A DNA stretch of 61,095 bases, the filler included, from Bipalium vagum (lineage: Eukaryota): the NCBI GenBank assembly GCA_037834085.1. It is 3 parts of 3 records of this genome, joined end to end, with 100 filler letters (N's around TTAATTAATTAA, not from the genome) between each part and the next. Parts side by side here need not be neighbours in the genome. Positions count along the whole stretch, not along the records: positions 42,272 to 61,095 come from JBBMKC010017877.1; 2 more parts are not named here. One strand, 5' to 3'. A program made the translations under genes and the position numbers. Shown in pieces: positions 55,389 through 61,095 of the stretch (position 1 is the stretch's first letter; every line of letters begins with the position of its first letter). The notes beneath the pieces are model-generated. The model had not been told where the DNA came from and ran no database searches. It saw nothing but the letters and a program-made list of their open reading frames with translations.

Positions 55389-55452
55389 TGTCGTAGATCG
55401 GAATCTGTCGTAGATCTGAATCTGTCGTAGATCTGAATCTGTCGTAGATCTG
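55389..55452. repeat. 17-bp minisatellite x~3.8 (TGTCGTAGATCTGAATC)
   Basis: Adjacent near-perfect copies with no spacers. Confidence 0.92.
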
Positions 55453-57569
55453 CAAACTATGTTCTCTGAGGGGTGAAAATCTACTGAAATCCCTTTGCTT
55501 ATATACTGTTTGGGACTGATCTTCATCTGGGAAATATTCTTAAGATATTCTCAAAATCGTACTTAAAATTCTAAAATTCCCTAGCAATTCCCTAAAAATT
55601 ATTTTATTATGATCCTTAATATTTATAAAATACCTCTTTTAAGCTTCTTTAAAAATAAAAATTATTTTTGGAGGGTTATTTTATTTTTCTGAGTATTTCC
55701 AAAATAAAATTTCAGTGAATTTTTAAATTACTTTTCGAGTGTTAATTAATTTTAATTAATAATATTAATATTTCTACTCTTTTTATGATTTTAAATAGTT
55801 ATATTTCCCCAGGGGGTGTCTTGGGTAAACCCAACAGAATTAAGTACAAAAATTTTATAATTATTAATTTGAATAAATGTCACTGCTTCATTTTTAAGTT
55901 GGATTGGATTGAAGAACTGAGGCCTGGATTTGATAGTCTCCACACCCCAACTATATTATTTGCTGTAAATTGGTTTTGTTTTATTTTTTAAATCAATATA
56001 TTTTACAATAATTCTAATATTAAAAATAGAACTAAAAAAAGATAAATATGTGTTAAGTCCAATTCATAATGAAAATTTCGGATCTAATATTATTATATTA
56101 AAAATCGAATTATCGTACATCTCTTATTTAGTGCATTCAGTTAGATACCACCATCATTTCAATGATATTATTAAAATAATAAAAAGTATATTAAATCTTT
56201 ACAAAAATTTTATTATTTACAGGTAATTTAAGGATACTTTTTGACTGATCCTCGTGAAATCCGACTTGATTTGTTTTTATATTTATTGATTGTTAGTGAC
56301 ATTTGTTGTGCGGTATTATTTACAGACATTCGTTTTTGCATCTGTGTTAGCGAAATAAATTTTCAATGTGATCGTTTAGTTTTAATTATTTTAGACAAAA
56401 TTATTGATAAGTAAAATAAAGAGGTAAACGTGAAAAAAGTTTTCATAGTAATATAGTGTAATAATATATATATATTTTTATTAATTTATTTTCATTTTTA
56501 AATTTTATTTTATTAATATTATTTATTTTCAATTGATTTTGTATAATATAAGAAATGAAAGAAAATATAAAACATTTATTTTCTTTATTTTGAATATTAA
56601 TTATGGAATTGAATTACGTTCTTCTTGCTAAAACCTTTTTATTCGTTAATAGAGTTAAATGAGAAAAATTATCAAGTCTAAATCGATTTTTAAATCTTTA
56701 ATTTATTTTCAAGTTCTATGCTATCAATTATTTTTTTCTATTTCTGATTAAATATTATTATGTATTGTTTTTATTGTTTCTTCAGCATTCATGTGCTGTA
56801 AAAATTTTCTGATTTCTTTTGGTTGAAAAAAGTTTTTTAAATTTAATGAAATTTTAAATACCTTAAATCTTCCAAAATGAATATAAAACAGCTTCTTTTA
56901 CTGTTTCTTTTAAAATAAGCCAGATACACGAATTTTTTGAAATTTAAGGTACTTACTTAGAAAATAATTATTTTAAATTTAATTTGATTTATAAAATGCA
57001 TTAAAACGTTTGTTTTTCATACATTTCACAATAAATAATGTAATAAGTTATTAATAACAAATTCAGAATCAGCAAAAAAACATTAAAGTTTTATTAGAGG
57101 TACGGAAGTTTTTTAAAGCAAACGTTTAAAGAATATTGTTAAATTTCATAAACCGGGAATTTGGCATTTTTCGGATCCAGACAGTCTATAATGAAATGAA
57201 TAGTTCCTGCTAAACCTGAAAAATGCATTTGGTCAAAAAATAATTTTGAAAAATGAAATAAATTAAAATAAATAAGTACTCAAACTATCCCATTTTATAA
57301 TTGGATGATATTAATGTCACAAAAATTTCTTCAAATTTAGATAAACAAGTATCTGACTTGAGCGAAAAACATTTCTGTAATTTATTTTCACAGGCAAACG
57401 AACAATAAAATAATATTTTGTAATTATTAATAATTTTGTTGTTCGGAAAATAATGAGATAATTTTGAGGAACTTGAATTTTATTTAATTGAATCAAATAA
57501 TTAATCAATAAAATCAATCGATTCAAATAATAGTTATCTGAAGATAATTATATAATTTTAATATTTTAG

Positions 57570-58270
57570 TATGAGTTTAAAAAATACGTATTTACGAAAA
57601 GCCAAAATCTGCTAGCATAAAAAGTTTCATGGAAGATATTTTATGAACTGCTTAGCGTATTTTCAAGCGATACAAAGATAATCTGCGTATTGAACGAATA
57701 TCACTTGTCCTTCAACAATGGTCTGTTGTAGAAGATTGCAAAATATAGTAAAATTCAACTCTAATAAACCGCTATTCTTGAGAAAAAATTATCTCACCGG
57801 TATGGAGTATCACAATCAACATTTTCCTCTAATACAGTCTTAAAATATCATAAACAAATGAAAGGACCAAAATATTCTAAAAAAACAAACGAAATTTTGA
57901 TGTGCAAAATATTATTGAAATTTCTGACAGATTCTTATCAACGCGAAGTATTTAAAGTTTTTGAATAATTCATAAAAATAAACCAGAAATGCCACTTTCT
58001 ATTTTTATACTTAAAGAAAAGTCCCATATAAAAATGCTGAAATTAGTTTGCTATCTCAGCAGATGATTTCCCAGAACTACTCATGTCTAAAACAAAAGGA
58101 TTTTCCACCAAAATTGAAAATTATATTAACTCTTGTTTACATAAGCTGATATTTTAACCAAAAAGAACCATTTTAAAGACCTCAAATCATTTGGTCAGCC
58201 CTAACCAGGACTATAATGTCGAATTGATTTGAAAAATCGAAGGAATCGTGCCACATTACGAAAATATATC
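57570..58270 (+). mobile_element. Decayed maT/Tc1-like transposase
   Basis: KKLSHRYGVSQST...KYHKQMKGPKYS, YINSCLHKL and a degenerate FWPDLA-like remnant. Confidence 0.55.
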
Positions 58271-60603
58271 TCAATAAGATTTGTATTTTTCTTTTTGTAT
58301 TTTTTTGTATTTAATTTTCACTAAAAATACAATGAAAATTGTCTTTTAATATAATAGCTTATCTTGGAAAAAGTTTAATTCACCGATTTTTAATTTTTGT
58401 TTGTTTAATTTTTTAAAATGTAAGTATCTGTTTATAGATTGATTAAACATCAGATGCAATTCGTCTGATGCAAGTCATAAAAAAATAAGTGATGCATTTT
58501 ATTTTGAAAATGTAAATACGATATTAATTAATGTACTGTATAAATTTGAAAATTAAAGATTTATTAATTTTATTTAAATTTGAAATTACTAATTTATTGT
58601 AAATTTTATATTATTATTAAAAGTTCTATATTTTTATAATTTAACATTAAAATTCTCAAGCCATGACTATGTTATATTTTTCAAATTACAAATTATTACT
58701 TATTTTATCGAAGAGAAATATAAATTAATTCAAAATTTTACCTTCAAATAAAGAATATGGTCTATCGGCTTCCCTTGTCCGCTTGTTTAAGTAATCAGTG
58801 CACCATTCAGCAAACTTAAAAAACATTTTATATTGATTTATCCTTAAATATAAATAAAATTAAGTCGAAAAATATCATACAATGTAAATTTGCAAATTTT
58901 TTAAAGACGATAAGTGCTTTATAATTAAGATTTTTGAGAAATGTAATAATTTTTTTAACGAATAAACATTTGATATATATCGATTATTAAAGTTTTATAG
59001 TAAATTAATTTTTTTTTAAAAATATATATTAACTATATTCAGAAATATTTCCCTCTATAAAATTGATTTTCTTCGTTTTTCATGATAATTTTAGTTACAC
59101 TACAATTACATATTTGTGGATGACTAATAGCTCATTGTTGCTTTGTCAAATATTGAAAGACCATATAAATCAGATCCCTCGAATTGATTGAAATAATCCA
59201 AATAAAGAAAAACTTTAGGATATCTGGAAAAAATTGTCTTATTAAAAACTTGAAAGAATGATCATTTAGAAAGAACTTGGTATATGATCCATATTTGTTG
59301 AAATATAAATGTTGCTGGCTCACGTGGATGTTGTATTTATGTAAATATTTACATAATCAGATATTTTCATTTGAAGATGGATGTTTTAACCAACCAATGA
59401 AATTGAATGATACTAAGAAAGAAGACATAAAATAGCGGCGGGTGCTTTCGAGATGGTAGATGAAGATAATTATGTCGAAAAAAGGTCAGAATGAAGTGAG
59501 TAATAAATAATTTAAATAATGCCAGTATTGGATTTTTTCATCTTCAGCTCTAATCATTGTTAATTAAATGATTATAGTGAAGGTTATCTGTAACTATGAT
59601 CAGGGCATCAGTTCTATTTGAAACCTTAATAAGAGGAAACTCAATGAACTCTCACTTTTGAGAGCTTTGATTGGATTGTGGTCCATAAAAACTTGTAGAG
59701 TTGATGAGTTTTAGAAAAAGTATTTTGAATACTTAAAAATTATTTTGGCCACTGAAAAGAAATATTGTATTTAGAATATAAAAAACATAGTTAACCAATA
59801 TTCGGGTTATCGATTAAGATAAAAATAAGCATTTGGTTTTTTTAAAATATACCTTGGTTCTGTGGAGCTCAGAAATTAACGAATGGACAGATAAGGCATC
59901 ACTGTCAACCCAGGAAATTGGGTGGGGATATAAATATGTGAGAATGTTCAATTTTTTTTATTACTATTAGTGTTTGATTACTATTTATTTTCTGTTATTT
60001 TTTTTGTTTTTGCTAAATGGACAAACCTATAGAGCGCTGATATGAGCTTACTGACGTTATTAGTCGAGGAGATTAAAAGTTTAAGGAAAACGACTTGACA
60101 AATCATGACTATTTGATCTTGATTATGCTATATTTTGGAAACATTAACCTGTGTAATCATGTTGTTTATAGTCTTATGGAGTGAGTTATTGCCCATAAGG
60201 TTACATTTGAATTAATACAAACAATAGTTTGAAAAAATAGTGTGAGCTGATTAAGAAGACGCTAAAGACCAATATCGTTCAGGGTGTCTTGATGAAACTG
60301 TCTCAAGGGTGTATTTGGTTTTTGAAAAAACGGAATGTTTTATCGTGTGGTTCTGGACCTTTTAAGAAAACTGGTTTTGGGTGTACGACCTGATATTAGT
60401 GATTTTTAGATTTATATAAATCAAAGATAAAAATAGAGATTCAGATAAAAATAAAGTAAAAATAAGTACAATAAAAAAAGATAAAATAAAAAAAGTAATT
60501 TAGTAAAAAGATTTGTTAAAATTATTTTTTTAATAAGAATTTTAATAAAGTTTTTAAAGTTATTAAAATTTTAAAATTAAAAATTCAACTCTATTGCTTA
60601 CTA

Positions 60604-60960
60604 TAGTAGAATCCCCGATTAATGTTATAAAAATTGCCAGGTCCCGACTTTTTTATGTAAATTAATTAAAAATAAGCTGTTTATTATAATCAAAAATTCG
60701 ATTTATGTTATCAATTTATTAAAAATTAAATTTTATCTTCGATTAGTTATGGTAAAACATGTCGCAGAGAACTTAATCAACTGCTTCAAGAGTGAATTTT
60801 TAAAAATAGATTACAAGAATTGTAATATGCTGCTAGCGATATCTGTGATCAACAACCTGATGACATATCAAAAGATGAATTTGATAATTGGTTAGATATT
60901 AGATATGCCTAAACAGAAGCAAAAATGACAACATCAGATTTTTGTCAATTTGTTATAGAT
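60604..60960 (+). mobile_element. pogo/Tigger-like relic
   Basis: Terminus-like TA|TAGTAGAATCCCCGATTAA; ISKDEFDNWLDI...MTTSDFCQFV resembles the acidic C-terminal region of Tigger transposases. Confidence 0.45.
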
Positions 60961-61095
60961 TTTAATATATATTATAAATAATACCAGGTTGAGTCAAAAG
61001 TCATTAGCGTTTTTATTTAATATATTCAATTACAAGAATAACAAAAAAAATCACAATCATTCCTCAAAGTACAATCCATCATTTTCAGTTACTTG

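Noticed and set aside
55389-55452. CRISPR-like repeat array
   Set aside because: Repeats are contiguous with no unique spacers, there are no cas genes, and the context is eukaryotic.
3620-59323. Many 60-110 aa I/F/K/N/L/Y-rich ORFs (e.g. 7792, 20692, 23489, 29369, 38029, 42343, 48412, 57317)
   Set aside because: Composition mirrors AT-rich non-coding DNA; no motifs or splice support.
1-61095. tRNA, rRNA or snRNA genes
   Set aside because: None recognisable by eye; tRNAscan-SE and Infernal would be needed to exclude them.

Overview
Very AT-rich eukaryotic (animal) nuclear DNA, not prokaryotic: GT-AG spliceosomal introns, (ATT)n microsatellites and many decayed DNA transposons. The nAChR motif, short and multi-kb introns and mariner load fit a spiralian invertebrate such as a flatworm (inference). 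The window is stitched: two artificial 100-nt spacers (44N-TTAATTAATTAA-44N at 24479-24578 and 42172-42271) and a 187-N gap (30513-30699). Four host genes are supported. (1) A complete 8-exon reticulon gene on the minus strand (51264->43069, 224 aa); four of its RHD exons (139/70/47/59 nt) match vertebrate RTN exon sizes. (2) The first two coding exons of a nicotinic acetylcholine receptor-type Cys-loop subunit on the plus strand (27800-27896, 32602-32780); no later exons were found. (3) An intronless 329-aa orphan ORF with six ~48-residue repeats suggesting a beta-propeller (15374-16363, -). (4) An intronless 261-aa secreted, acidic, Tyr/His-rich orphan (21802-22587, +). Most of the rest is relics of mariner (DD34D), Tc1/Tc3 (DD34E), DD41D rosa/Visitor-type, maT-like, Merlin, pogo/Tigger and IS630-like elements, none intact. 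I found no convincing multi-gene novel system; the best leads are the two orphan proteins, the possible nesting of reticulon inside a long nAChR intron, and a candidate reticulon micro-exon.
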